Assembly (NCBI GenBank): GCA_030141605.1
Contig: JAQGDQ010002397.1
Coordinates: 42,556-99,672 of the forward strand
Length of the DNA stretch: 57,117 bases
Source: Tubiluchus corallicola
Taxonomy: Eukaryota; Animalia; Priapulida
Reading direction: 5' to 3'
The position numbers were made by a program, and so were the translations under genes. The notes beneath the pieces were generated by a model. The model worked only from the letters and a program-made list of their open reading frames with translations, was not told where the DNA came from and did no database searches. Positions 29,093 through 39,116 of the stretch are shown here, piece after piece (position 1 is the first letter of the stretch; every line of letters starts with the position of its first letter).

Positions 29093-30451
29093 TCACTTCA
29101 CATACCTGTCTGCGGCATTTATGTACTGTATCCAGTCGTATAGGCGAAGATCATGCCTTCCTTCCCTCAAATGATAGCTTTGGATGCCTAAAATAGGTGT
29201 TTCTGCCTTTGGCCACTCCTCGACCGCAATGCTATTTCCAGCTAACAGCTCATAAACGGGAGCCGCATACCTTAGTGACAAAAACTCCCCCTTAGGGTCT
29301 GCCCAAGAGTCCTCCGTTGCACTGGCAACGTACACGGGTCTCGGTGCAATCAGGGATATCAGCATATGTTGATCCACTGGTAAGCTATCTTCATTGTTGT
29401 CATACGCCTTAAATCTTTTGTTGAACCAGTGGGGAAAGTTGTAGTTGATCATCTCAACCGTCTCGCCAAACTGTCTTCTACTAAGGGCAGCACCGCCCGC
29501 ACCGGAATTATTGGAAATTACCATGGCAAAGCGTTCATCCAAAGCCCCAGCCCAAAGAGCCGTTTTGCCCAATCTTGAATGTCCATAAAGGATAACTTCA
29601 CCGACACGATTCTCCTCATCCATCATAAGATAATCCATTACTCTGCTCAAACCCCAAGCCCAAGCACTTATGGTGGAAAAATTGTCCTTCACATCTTCAG
29701 AAGCATCCTGAAACAGTGCGTGAACCCCATTCTCAAAACCATCATCGTAGTCCGGATCGATATCACCATGATACACAGTAGCAAGGGCGTATCCTCTGCC
29801 GACGACATAGTCAACGGGTAATCTATGCTTCCTAACGCCTCTTGACTCTTCGGTAAACAGATTGCTCCTGGTCGCTCTATTAGCAGTAACCGCAGGATTT
29901 GCCCAAGAGGAGCCTATGATAATGTCCTCATCATCCATCAAAGATTGGTTGCCGGAAAAGTTTAAGCCCAAAAACATATCATGCTTTTCATCGTCATTCG
30001 GCAAAATAAGCAATAGGTTAAACTTGACGGAAGGCTTCAAAGATACAACAACTTCCACCTGCTTCTTGATATAGCTTCCATCATCGGACACAGTCTCCCT
30101 AAGCACATTGTAGCTAATTTTACCCGTATACTCGGGCGTATCTCCGTACATGTGCTCTTTGTACAGGTCAATTATCTCCTTTCGTCTTTGCTCATTCCAC
30201 ATCTTGGCAGACGTGACCTTCGATCCATCGAGATTTTTTAGAACATCGGGCAATTCATAATTCGGCACACGCACTTCATCAACGTTCCCGTCAAAAGAGG
30301 TAAATACCGGCGCAAAGGATGGCGACGATTCGCGAATTAACAGGATATTATCTCCAGGATGTTCCTCCAAGTCTACGACAACCCCTTTGCAACCAGCCAA
30401 CGCAACAGCTGCGACAATTATAAAAAACGCCTTCAACCCTTTTACCAACAT
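29093..30451 (-). CDS. CE15 glucuronoyl-esterase-like lipoprotein
   Basis: LAGC lipobox; AWAWGLSR, GHSRLGK (catalytic Ser/Arg), SGAGG, GET, LPVDQH, APRP, WADPKGE. Confidence 0.85.
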   Translation of the reverse strand: MLVKGLKAFFIIVAAVALAGCKGVVVDLEEHPGDNILLIRESSPSFAPVFTSFDGNVDEVRVPNYELPDVLKNLDGSKVTSAKMWNEQRRKEIIDLYKEHMYGDTPEYTGKISYNVLRETVSDDGSYIKKQVEVVVSLKPSVKFNLLLILPNDDEKHDMFLGLNFSGNQSLMDDEDIIIGSSWANPAVTANRATRSNLFTEESRGVRKHRLPVDYVVGRGYALATVYHGDIDPDYDDGFENGVHALFQDASEDVKDNFSTISAWAWGLSRVMDYLMMDEENRVGEVILYGHSRLGKTALWAGALDERFAMVISNNSGAGGAALSRRQFGETVEMINYNFPHWFNKRFKAYDNNEDSLPVDQHMLISLIAPRPVYVASATEDSWADPKGEFLSLRYAAPVYELLAGNSIAVEEWPKAETPILGIQSYHLREGRHDLRLYDWIQYINAADRYVK

Positions 30452-30502
30452 CAAACCCTCCCTCATAAATATGGCACAAATTTAAACATCTGCCAAAACG
30501 CC

Positions 30503-31393
30503 TCAATCCCACAGCCTTGCAGCTCCTCTAACACCGCTCGAATCTCCATATTTTGCCTTTATTATAGGGGTGTTTAAATCATCACTGGTAATGTACGGTA
30601 TTATTAGTTTTGGCAAAGTTTTGTAGATTCTTTCATTATTTGACACACCACCACCTATAACGATTGCATCCGGATCGAGAAGCTGGATAATAAGGCCTAG
30701 CCCCCTTGCCAATCTGTCTTCGTAATGGGCAAATATCCTTTCCATATGCTCATCTTCCGTTATTAATTGGTCGATCTCTTTGCCTGATAACTTTCGCCCG
30801 GTCTTCCTCAAGAACTCCTTTTCGAGTCCAGTTCCAGATATCCAAGCTTCTATACACCCTTTTTTGCCACAAACAGCACACACGTGGCTATTCTCCAACT
30901 CCTCTTCCGTTACGTATGTCAGGGGATTGTGTCCCCACTCTCCAGTCATTCCGTTGGCGCCTGCTATGATCTTCTTGCCGACAGTCAAACCACCGCCACA
31001 GCCTGTGCCCAAAATCACGCCAAAAACCGCATTATAATCCTTTGCAGCACCATCCACCGCCTCTGATAATACAAAACAGTTAGCATCATTTGCACACCTA
31101 ACCTCCCTATTCAAAGCCTTTGCAATATCCTTGTCAAACGGCTTGCCATTGATCCATGTCCTCGATGTACGCACTAAGCCATCAGTTGGAGATATATTTC
31201 CGGGGATCCCTATCCCTATACTGCAGGTTTGCCCAATTTCATTCTCAGCATCAAGTACCAAGTTTACTATGGTATCAATGGTACCTTCGTATTCCCTCGG
31301 GGTTGGAACACGCTTTGCCAAATGAACCTCTCCATGATCATCCATACAGACTACTTCCGTCTTAGTTCCGCCTAAATCCACTCCTATCTTCAT
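30503..31393 (-). CDS. ROK-family sugar kinase (Mak-like)
   Basis: GVDLGGTK, NDANC..LSE, ILGTGCGGG, GEWGH, C..CG..GCIE. Confidence 0.9.
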   Translation of the reverse strand: MKIGVDLGGTKTEVVCMDDHGEVHLAKRVPTPREYEGTIDTIVNLVLDAENEIGQTCSIGIGIPGNISPTDGLVRTSRTWINGKPFDKDIAKALNREVRCANDANCFVLSEAVDGAAKDYNAVFGVILGTGCGGGLTVGKKIIAGANGMTGEWGHNPLTYVTEEELENSHVCAVCGKKGCIEAWISGTGLEKEFLRKTGRKLSGKEIDQLITEDEHMERIFAHYEDRLARGLGLIIQLLDPDAIVIGGGVSNNERIYKTLPKLIIPYITSDDLNTPIIKAKYGDSSGVRGAARLWD

Positions 31394-31508
31394 AAAACAC
31401 CCTCTCTTCTTCCATTACAAAAAAAATTTAAACATCGCAAAAATGTTATCGGTATAAAACAATCCCCATTCATACAACGGCACACAAACCCAATAAACAA
31501 GACGCCTT

Positions 31509-32774
31509 TTAAGACGACTGAACAGCACTCCTTATCCCCATAGCTTCCTTCATGAGGGTGACATTATCCGCTCGACAGACCGGGGACTTGTAAATTTCCT
31601 GCAAAACCAAACATGCAGCACCAAGAGACCAGTCATTATCTTCGCAATCATGGATAATAATTTCGGTCAAATCTCTTATCATTTCATTAGTATTCTTAGC
31701 GATAGCTTCCCGCATAGGCTCAAACAGAAGCTCACCGGCTCGCACTCCATTGCCGGTAATAATGATTTTGGAAGGGTTAAATATCTGTATAAGTCCAGCC
31801 AAGCCGATACCGAGAAATTTACCTGCCCTCGTAAAAATGTTCTTCACCACACCAACATCGTTGATAGCAGCCTTCAACACATCCTCATAGCAAATATCTT
31901 GAATATTTGCACTCTTCCAAAAGCCATTTACACAAAGTTTTTTAGCTTCTTCCACAATGCCAAAATTGCTGGCATACGCTTCAATACATCCCGCCTTCCC
32001 GCAACGACACTGCAACCCACCCGGATCGACAACCATATGTCCAAACTCACCCGCCAAGCCGCCACACGCCCTATATAGCTCACCATCCACTACTATGCCC
32101 ATGCCAATCCCATCTTCAATCGTCACAACCAAAAAATTGTCCACACCTCTGCCCTTTCCAGCCCAAAGATGCGCAAGGGTGATGGCGTTGCTGTCATTCT
32201 CCACATAAGTTTTGATGCCAAACCTTTTCTCGACAAGCTCCCGAAGTTGAACCTCACCCTTCTGGTAAAGGGGAGACCAATAACAAACGCCTTGCCTGCG
32301 CTTCCCCTCCACAAACCCCGGTATCCCCAGACCTATGCCCGAGATTTGGTCAAATGCAAATCTGGCTTCATTTACACAGTATCTTATTCCTTCTTCGATC
32401 AAATCCGCAACAAATGACGCCGGCCGCTCATTCGTCCTGACAGGCATCGCCACAGAGCTCCTAATCTCCCCCACCATATCCGTAATGACACAGCCGATCC
32501 TAAATGCCGACACCTTTACACCAACCACAAAGGTAAAGTCAGGCTCAATCGCAAGAAGCACAGGCTTGCGCCCTCTTGTGGCTTGACCTAACACCTCTTT
32601 TTCATAAACGAGACCTTCCCTTATAAGCTGAGCCGTAATGTTTGTCACGGTAGCTCTGCTTTGACCAGTAAGACCAGCCAACTCCACCCTAGATATAGCA
32701 CCAGCAATCCTGATTGCATTCAATATATTGCACTGGTTAACGGTTTTAATAGTTTCAATCCTGCTCGCGAACAT
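31509..32774 (-). CDS. ROK-family transcriptional repressor (XylR/NagC-like)
   Basis: N-terminal HTH ISRVELA...SRATVT, RGRKP, ROK domain GEFGH..CRCG..GCIE. Confidence 0.93.
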   Translation of the reverse strand: MFASRIETIKTVNQCNILNAIRIAGAISRVELAGLTGQSRATVTNITAQLIREGLVYEKEVLGQATRGRKPVLLAIEPDFTFVVGVKVSAFRIGCVITDMVGEIRSSVAMPVRTNERPASFVADLIEEGIRYCVNEARFAFDQISGIGLGIPGFVEGKRRQGVCYWSPLYQKGEVQLRELVEKRFGIKTYVENDSNAITLAHLWAGKGRGVDNFLVVTIEDGIGMGIVVDGELYRACGGLAGEFGHMVVDPGGLQCRCGKAGCIEAYASNFGIVEEAKKLCVNGFWKSANIQDICYEDVLKAAINDVGVVKNIFTRAGKFLGIGLAGLIQIFNPSKIIITGNGVRAGELLFEPMREAIAKNTNEMIRDLTEIIIHDCEDNDWSLGAACLVLQEIYKSPVCRADNVTLMKEAMGIRSAVQSS

Positions 32775-32859
32775 ACTGCTCCTTAAACTTAACTGCCTAG
32801 AACATACTGCACAAATTTATAGATACCACAAACTATCACTGATTTACAACATCACTTAA

Positions 32860-32878
32860 TTGTTTATCATCAAAACAA
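32860..32878. promoter_or_regulatory. Candidate ROK operator
   Basis: TTGTTT-N7-AAACAA inverted repeat in the divergent intergenic region; resembles XylR/NagC-type boxes. Confidence 0.5.
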
Positions 32879-33090
32879 ATTACTTTATAGTAAATACCAC
32901 AAGCCACCATCAATTTACAACTATTTTTTATATTACTCCTATCATACCGATAAAAAGCGATACCCTTAATCCATTATAAATACTAGAAATTTTCGATGAT
33001 ATGAGGGTAATGCACCGCTGAAGCCAAAACTAGCTACTAAAGCGGAAAATTCATTTTATAATTTTTTTTTATTTAATCTATAAATTAATC

Positions 33091-33118
33091 TTGACAATTC
33101 ATTCTTCTCCTATAAGAT
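33091..33118 (+). promoter_or_regulatory. Sigma70-type promoter of the sugar ABC operon
   Basis: TTGACA-N16-TAAGAT with an AT-rich upstream element. Confidence 0.5.
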
Positions 33119-33262
33119 TGGTCTGTATTATCACGGTATTGGGGCAAAATAACAGCTCAGGAGGGTGAGTAAGCAGGGCGGAGCTTGTCCAATATTGTGG
33201 CTGAATTACTATCACAATACCTAATTGTGCTATGATATTTTATGGGTGGAGGTTCAATTTAA

Positions 33263-34327
33263 ATGACAATGACAAAAACTATGAAGATCTTTATGATCTC
33301 GATCATGGCAACTCTCATGTTGTTCCTATTTGCGACAAATTCGGCGTTTGCAAAGAAAGCGAAGAAGGTGAAAGTGGGCTTTATTCTAAAGACGATGCAG
33401 GAAGAGCGCTATCAGTATGATAGGGAAGTTTTTATTGCCAAAGCAAAAGAGATGGGCGCAGAGGTCTATTTTGATTCTGCAAATAATGATGAAATGACTC
33501 AGCTCTCCAAGTTTGAAAATATGCTTGCTAGGGGCGTTCAGGTCATAGTTTTTCAACCGGTCAATACCGGAACTGCCGGTAACATGGTGCGTATGGCCAA
33601 TGAAGAGGGTGTCCTTGTGATCGGTTACGATTCCATGGTAGTGAATGGTCCTCTTGATGCCATGGTTATGCAGGATAGCTGGGCAGTGGGCAAACTTCAG
33701 GGTGAAGCTATGATAGAGTGGCTCAAAGCCAAGAAAGGAAAGGTTGAAGGCAACGTGGCACTTATTATGGGGCAGCCAGGAGACTCCAACGCAATAGCTA
33801 TGAGCAGCGGTGCATTAGAGATTATCGAAGAGAACCCTGGTCTTAATCTCGTAGTGAGGCAGTCCCACGAGGGTTGGGCTTCCGACAAATCGATGGCAAC
33901 CACTGAAAACGCTCTCACAAGATATGACAACAACATTGATGCTTTCATCTGCAATAATTCAGGATTAGCTCGAGGAGTTATTGCAGCTCTTGACGCTCAG
34001 GGTTTAGCGGACACAGATAAGGTCTTTGTGGCGGGCTCTGATGCTGATCTTGTGAATATACGCTATGTAGCCCAAGGAAAACAATCGGTTGAAATTTGGA
34101 AAAAGATTAAACCGCTTGCAGAAACCGCCGCTGAAACTGCCGTGGAGCTGGCCAGAAATCCTAAGAAAAAGCCCGAAGACGTCATGGAATTCGACAAAAC
34201 GATAAATAATGGATATATGGACGTTCCCACAGTAGTCACCCCCGTGATTTTGATTAACAAAGACAATATAGACAGCACTATAGTTGCCGAGGGCTTTTAT
34301 ACAAAAGAGCAGGTACATGGCAAGTAA
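33263..34327 (+). CDS. Monosaccharide ABC transporter binding protein (XylF/ChvE-like)
   Basis: Signal peptide; EERY..D, VIGYD, GQPGDSNA, VAGSDAD, VPTVV. Confidence 0.88.
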   Translation: MTMTKTMKIFMISIMATLMLFLFATNSAFAKKAKKVKVGFILKTMQEERYQYDREVFIAKAKEMGAEVYFDSANNDEMTQLSKFENMLARGVQVIVFQPVNTGTAGNMVRMANEEGVLVIGYDSMVVNGPLDAMVMQDSWAVGKLQGEAMIEWLKAKKGKVEGNVALIMGQPGDSNAIAMSSGALEIIEENPGLNLVVRQSHEGWASDKSMATTENALTRYDNNIDAFICNNSGLARGVIAALDAQGLADTDKVFVAGSDADLVNIRYVAQGKQSVEIWKKIKPLAETAAETAVELARNPKKKPEDVMEFDKTINNGYMDVPTVVTPVILINKDNIDSTIVAEGFYTKEQVHGK

Positions 34328-34381
34328 AGCGCAAGTTCAGCTAGCTTTTGCGTGTGCTTTGAGGCATTAAGTCTTTGAAAT

Positions 34382-34415
34382 TTAAGGGCCCGCTATATTT
34401 GGGCGGGCCTCTTAA
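34382..34415. terminator. Intercistronic hairpin after the binding-protein gene
   Basis: AAGGGCCCGC...GCGGGCCTCTT. Confidence 0.5.
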
Positions 34416-34442
34416 AAACACCCGAAGGTCACAGGGGGAGTT

Positions 34443-36005
34443 ATGGGCGATATCGTTCTCGAAATGAAAAACATCGTAAAAGAGTTTCCCGGCGTAAAGG
34501 CTCTTGACATGGTCAATTTTGAAGCCAGAGCTGGAGAGGTGCTAGCACTCGTTGGCGAGAATGGGGCTGGCAAGTCTACCCTTATGAAGGTTTTGAGTGG
34601 AGTTTGGAACTATCCAACTTACGAAGGTGATCTGGTAATAAAGGGTGAGCTCAAACAATTCAAAAACACCAGAGAAGCTGAAGCATCCGGCGTTGCAATA
34701 ATTTATCAGGAACTTAATCTAATCCCTGAGCTCAGCGTTGCAGAAAATATCTTTCTAAATCGACAACACAGCCGCTTTGGGGGAATAATCAATTGGAGCT
34801 TGCTCAATTCTGAAGCTCAAAAGCTTCTCGACGAACTACACATAGAAGATCTCAGACCAACTGACAAGGTGGGAGAGCTGACAGTTGGTAAACAACAGAT
34901 GGTAGAAATAGCGAAAGCCCTATCGATAAATGCCGACATTTTAGTGTTCGACGAGCCCACATCTGCCCTTACAAACAAAGAGGTAGATGCCCTATTTGAA
35001 ATAATAAAAAAATTGAAAAAACAGGGCATATGTATGACCTACATCTCCCACAAGATGGAGGAGCTTGAGCAGATTGCGGACAGAATTGCGGTTTTGAGAG
35101 ATGGCAAAACTATCGGCGATGTTACCGCCATGTCTCAGGTAACTCTGGATCAAATAATCAGCAAGATGGTGGGCAGGGACATAGAAGATATGTTTCCAAA
35201 AATGCAGTTTGACAGAAGAGAGAAGGTACTTGAGGTTAAAAATTTTGAAGTAGACCACCCGGTTCTTGTGGGTGAAAAAAAGGTTAAAAACGCTTCATTT
35301 GCATCTTACAAAGGGGAAATACTTGGGATATCCGGACTCATGGGTTCAGGCAGAACGGAGCTTGTTTCAGCAATTTTTGGAGCATTGCCTAAGGAATCGA
35401 GAGGGGAGATATTTTTCGAAGGAAAAAAGGTGAATATAAACTCGCCAAAAGATGCGATAAGCATGGGGCTGGGTCTCGTTACCGAAGATCGAAAAGGGGT
35501 GGGCTTAGTCCTTGGGCACAGTGTTTTGAAGAACATGACCATAAGCTCACTGGGGACAGTTAGCAACAAGTTGGGAATCATATATGAAGCAAAAGAGAGA
35601 ACTTTGGCAAGTGAATATGTCAAACGCCTCGGGATAAAAACCCCAAATCTTGATACCGTAATTGATACCTTAAGCGGAGGAAATCAACAGAAGGTAATCA
35701 TTGCAAAATGGCTGAACACCAAACCAAAAGTCCTCATATTGGATGAACCCACCAGGGGCATAGATGTGGGAGCAAAGGTTGAGATATACAATCTCCTCAA
35801 TAGGCTCGTTGAAGATGGAGTCAGCATAATAATAATTTCGTCTGAATTGCCCGAAGTCATGGGGATGAGCGATAGAATACTGGTGATGTTTGAAGGGGAA
35901 ATTGCGGCAGAATTTAACCGCGGAGAAGCAGATAAAGAACTTATTATGGAATACGCAACCGGAAGCAGAAGAAGGGAGGCAGATCATGGAAAAAACTTCC
36001 ATTGA
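34443..36005 (+). CDS. Monosaccharide ABC ATPase (XylG-like, two NBDs)
   Basis: GENGAGKSTLMK, DEPT, ISHK, LSGGNQQK, DEPTRGIDVGAK. Confidence 0.93.
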   Translation: MGDIVLEMKNIVKEFPGVKALDMVNFEARAGEVLALVGENGAGKSTLMKVLSGVWNYPTYEGDLVIKGELKQFKNTREAEASGVAIIYQELNLIPELSVAENIFLNRQHSRFGGIINWSLLNSEAQKLLDELHIEDLRPTDKVGELTVGKQQMVEIAKALSINADILVFDEPTSALTNKEVDALFEIIKKLKKQGICMTYISHKMEELEQIADRIAVLRDGKTIGDVTAMSQVTLDQIISKMVGRDIEDMFPKMQFDRREKVLEVKNFEVDHPVLVGEKKVKNASFASYKGEILGISGLMGSGRTELVSAIFGALPKESRGEIFFEGKKVNINSPKDAISMGLGLVTEDRKGVGLVLGHSVLKNMTISSLGTVSNKLGIIYEAKERTLASEYVKRLGIKTPNLDTVIDTLSGGNQQKVIIAKWLNTKPKVLILDEPTRGIDVGAKVEIYNLLNRLVEDGVSIIIISSELPEVMGMSDRILVMFEGEIAAEFNRGEADKELIMEYATGSRRREADHGKNFH

Positions 36006-37164
36006 AAACAGAACAGATACGGTGTCAACAAATAAAAAGATATTTAGAATGATAACGAAATTCTTGAAAGAGAACGGAACACTCATAGCGTTGTTGGTGC
36101 TTTTTGTATTCTTTGCGCTTTATGAAGATAGTTTTTTCACCTCCAGAAACTTGACAAACCTCGCTAGACAAACCACCATCATAGGGATTATAGCCGTGGG
36201 CATGACGATGGTCATCCTGATAGGGGGGATTGACCTCTCGGTGGGCTCCATTGTGGGCTTGTCGGCAATTATTGTGACATTGTTGATGCAAACCGGCATG
36301 AATCTCTGGCTGGCAATCATATTGACGCTGCTTATTACCGGCGTCACCATCGGTTTTTGGAACGGCTTCTGGATTGCCCACTACAAGATTCCACCGTTTA
36401 TAATAACCCTGGGGATGATGAGTATTGCTAGAGGACTGGCGCTTACATTCTCCAACGGCAATTCTGTTCCCGTTACAAATACAACTTTTGCCAAGATAGG
36501 AGGCAATTATATACCCACAACTCTATCTGGCATAATCATTGTGACGATCCTCGTTCTGTTTTTTGCCTCGGTGTTCATGAGGCTGCAACAGAATAAAAAA
36601 TACAATATACATACGAATAAATTTGATCTCACCTTCTCTATTGCCACCGTCACCGCCTTTACAGCTCTTGCTTTTTACGTATTCACATTTTACAGAGGCA
36701 TACCATATCCGGTAGCGATCTTTGCTGTGATAGTATTCATTGCAGCTTATGTGCTCAAAAATACAGCATTTGGGCGCAGACTGTACGCCATAGGCGGAAA
36801 TGAGGAAGCTGCCCGCTTGTCCGGGATAAACGTGTATTGGACTAAGATCAGCGTATACGTGATCATAATGATTCTATCCTCCGTTTCGGGGATTCTCTTG
36901 GCATCCCGATTAAATGGAGCATCGCCTAACTTGGGCACTATGTTTGAACTTGATGCCATCTCCGCAGTCATCATAGGCGGTACAAGCTTTACGGGCGGCG
37001 TTGGGACCATTATGGGCACAGTCGTCGGTGTCCTCATAATCGGCGTTTTGAACAACGGCATGAGTATTCTGGGCGTTCCAACATTTTATCAATCCATAAT
37101 AAAAGGTCTGATAATCATTATCGCAGTCTGGTTTGATGTGCTGCACAAGAGGAAGAAGTCCTGA
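35986..37164 (+). CDS. Monosaccharide ABC permease (XylH-like)
   Basis: IDLSVGS, IPPFIITLG, GRRLYAIGGNEEAARLSGI, ELDAI..VIIGGTS. Confidence 0.93.
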   Translation: MEKTSIENRTDTVSTNKKIFRMITKFLKENGTLIALLVLFVFFALYEDSFFTSRNLTNLARQTTIIGIIAVGMTMVILIGGIDLSVGSIVGLSAIIVTLLMQTGMNLWLAIILTLLITGVTIGFWNGFWIAHYKIPPFIITLGMMSIARGLALTFSNGNSVPVTNTTFAKIGGNYIPTTLSGIIIVTILVLFFASVFMRLQQNKKYNIHTNKFDLTFSIATVTAFTALAFYVFTFYRGIPYPVAIFAVIVFIAAYVLKNTAFGRRLYAIGGNEEAARLSGINVYWTKISVYVIIMILSSVSGILLASRLNGASPNLGTMFELDAISAVIIGGTSFTGGVGTIMGTVVGVLIIGVLNNGMSILGVPTFYQSIIKGLIIIIAVWFDVLHKRKKS

Positions 37165-37213
37165 TCTAAAACTACGAAAGAAAGGCCGATCTCTATATCG
37201 AACTAAAAATACA

Positions 37214-37243
37214 GCAGGAGGTGGGGGGAGCCCCGCCCCCTGC
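37214..37243. terminator. GC-rich hairpin after the permease
   Basis: GCAGGAGGTGGGG-ggag-CCCCGCCCCCTGC. Confidence 0.45.
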
Positions 37244-37486
37244 ATCGCTCTATCTTACTCATGATGAGGTGCCGGCTCCGGAATGCCAAGCCCCGATGTG
37301 CTTTATCTTCCCCATAGAAGCTCATTCAGGTGCAACTTGCTCCCGTGTCCCTGTGGCACTCTATCCTTATAGCGCTATCAAACCAAAGTGTATGTATCCA
37401 TCGACTGAGTTTACAGGACTATCCTCCTGCCTGTATCGTTGAACACAGCTCCTCTGTAGCACTTTCTTAAAATTCTCAAGCATCAC

Positions 37487-38923
37487 CTAGATTGTATAGA
37501 TTGTGCCATTTTCAACTCTGTAAGTCTGATCAATGCCGATACTTTTTAAAAACGCCTCTTCATGGGAAACGATAATCATAGCCCCGGGATAGCTATGTAA
37601 TACTTGCGCGACATGCTCTTTGGTCTCCAAGTCCAAATTATTTGTAATCTCGTCCAAGATGAGCAGCTGAGGCACATTAGCCGCAATGATAGCAAGAGTT
37701 AATCTAGCTTTTTCGCCCCCGGAGAGGTTGGACGCCAAGGTGTTTACCTCATCATTCTTTCGAAACAGGAAGTCATTCAGATGTTTTCTGATTTCAATTA
37801 TAGACCAATCTGGTCTAACACAACTCAGGTGCTCCATTACCGATTTGTCTAATCTGAGATTAGTGTAATGCTGATCCAGGTATCCGACACGCTCAAGCTC
37901 AGGCAAATACCAGTTGCCCGTTGTCAAAATATCACTGCCGCCCGCTATCGCTTTTAACAGAGTTGATTTACCGGAAGCATTCTTGCCACTGATCGCTATA
38001 CGTTCCTTGGCACTTAACGACAAACTGACATCATTTAACAATAAACTTTGTCCCTCATAACCAAGACCTGCCCTGCTTATGGATAATATTGTGCCACAGG
38101 ATCCCCGGTCTGCGCTAAGTGAGAACTTTGGCAATATAACCTCGGGCAACCTTAAGCTTTTTAACTCATCATCCAACCGCTGCTTCCTTTTGCCCATACT
38201 CACTCTCTTCCTTCCAGAAGTTTGCTCAGACTGCAAAGCTTTAGTTTTGCCGACAACCGTGGGCCATTTTCTTCGTTCAATACTTTTTCGACCTTTAGAT
38301 CTGCTCTTTGCAGCCCTCTCCTGCTCCCTCATCAACTGAATGTGCATCTCCTTCTTTTCATATTTCAGTTGAGAGAGTTCTTTATCCATTGACCGTCGTT
38401 TCTGCCCAACTTCTCTGATGTAATCATCGTAGGAGCCTGTAAACGGATGGACTTTATTGTCTTCAATATGCCACAAGACGTCGATGCAGGCATGCAACAG
38501 CTCTGTGTCGTGAGATACCACAATGAGGGTGCCTGAGTAGCCCAACAGCATGCGGATTAGACTTTTTCTATTTGCCATATCTAAATGGTTGGTCGGCTCA
38601 TCCAAAAGCAGCAGATTTGGTCTTCTTGCCAATGACTCTGTCAGGCGTTTGTTGAATCTCTGTCCACCGCTTAAGTTCTGATGGCTACAGATAGTCTGCT
38701 CGACATACCCAATGGTCACATCGTCAGGGATAACGATCTTGCCGCCGGAAGGATAAGTTTTACCCCGCAACATATTCAGCAAGCTGGACTTGCCGCTGCC
38801 ATTCCTGCCAATTATGGCAATACGATCGCCAAATTGCACTTGAGCGCTAAAATTTTCAAAGCAGTTTTTGTTAAAAAAGGAAAGGCTAATGGTCTTAAGA
38901 GAGATCGGCCTATGTGCCACCAT
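37487..38923 (-). CDS. ABC-F family ATPase (ribosome-associated, possible antibiotic-resistance type)
   Basis: Two NBDs (GRNGSGKS/LSGGQ/DEPTNHLD and GKNASGKS/LSGGE/DEITNNLD), no TM segments, long basic interdomain linker. Confidence 0.9.
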   Translation of the reverse strand: MVAHRPISLKTISLSFFNKNCFENFSAQVQFGDRIAIIGRNGSGKSSLLNMLRGKTYPSGGKIVIPDDVTIGYVEQTICSHQNLSGGQRFNKRLTESLARRPNLLLLDEPTNHLDMANRKSLIRMLLGYSGTLIVVSHDTELLHACIDVLWHIEDNKVHPFTGSYDDYIREVGQKRRSMDKELSQLKYEKKEMHIQLMREQERAAKSRSKGRKSIERRKWPTVVGKTKALQSEQTSGRKRVSMGKRKQRLDDELKSLRLPEVILPKFSLSADRGSCGTILSISRAGLGYEGQSLLLNDVSLSLSAKERIAISGKNASGKSTLLKAIAGGSDILTTGNWYLPELERVGYLDQHYTNLRLDKSVMEHLSCVRPDWSIIEIRKHLNDFLFRKNDEVNTLASNLSGGEKARLTLAIIAANVPQLLILDEITNNLDLETKEHVAQVLHSYPGAMIIVSHEEAFLKSIGIDQTYRVENGTIYTI

Positions 38924-38960
38924 AACATACCTCCAAAATCTCTAAGGGCTTACAAAACAA

Positions 38961-39045
38961 CACAAAAGCCCAAGGGCTTTGTCATTCATAAAGTTGCCCA
39001 AACCATCCGGTTAAGAAAGATGGTTCACAACACGCATTGACCTCA
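38961..39045 (-). promoter_or_regulatory. Leader-peptide attenuator of the ABC-F gene; uORF MRVVNHLS at 39037-39011
   Basis: GAGG RBS then ATG CGT GTT GTG AAC CAT CTT TCT TAA; hairpin AACCATC/GATGGTT over the uORF end; AAAGCCC-TT-GGGCTTT hairpin with a U-rich tail. Confidence 0.6.
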
Positions 39046-39116
39046 AAACAGATATTTAGGGTTATTAAGAAGCGATAAACTCAAAGTGCAAAAAGATATG
39101 CGACCAAATCTTTGCA

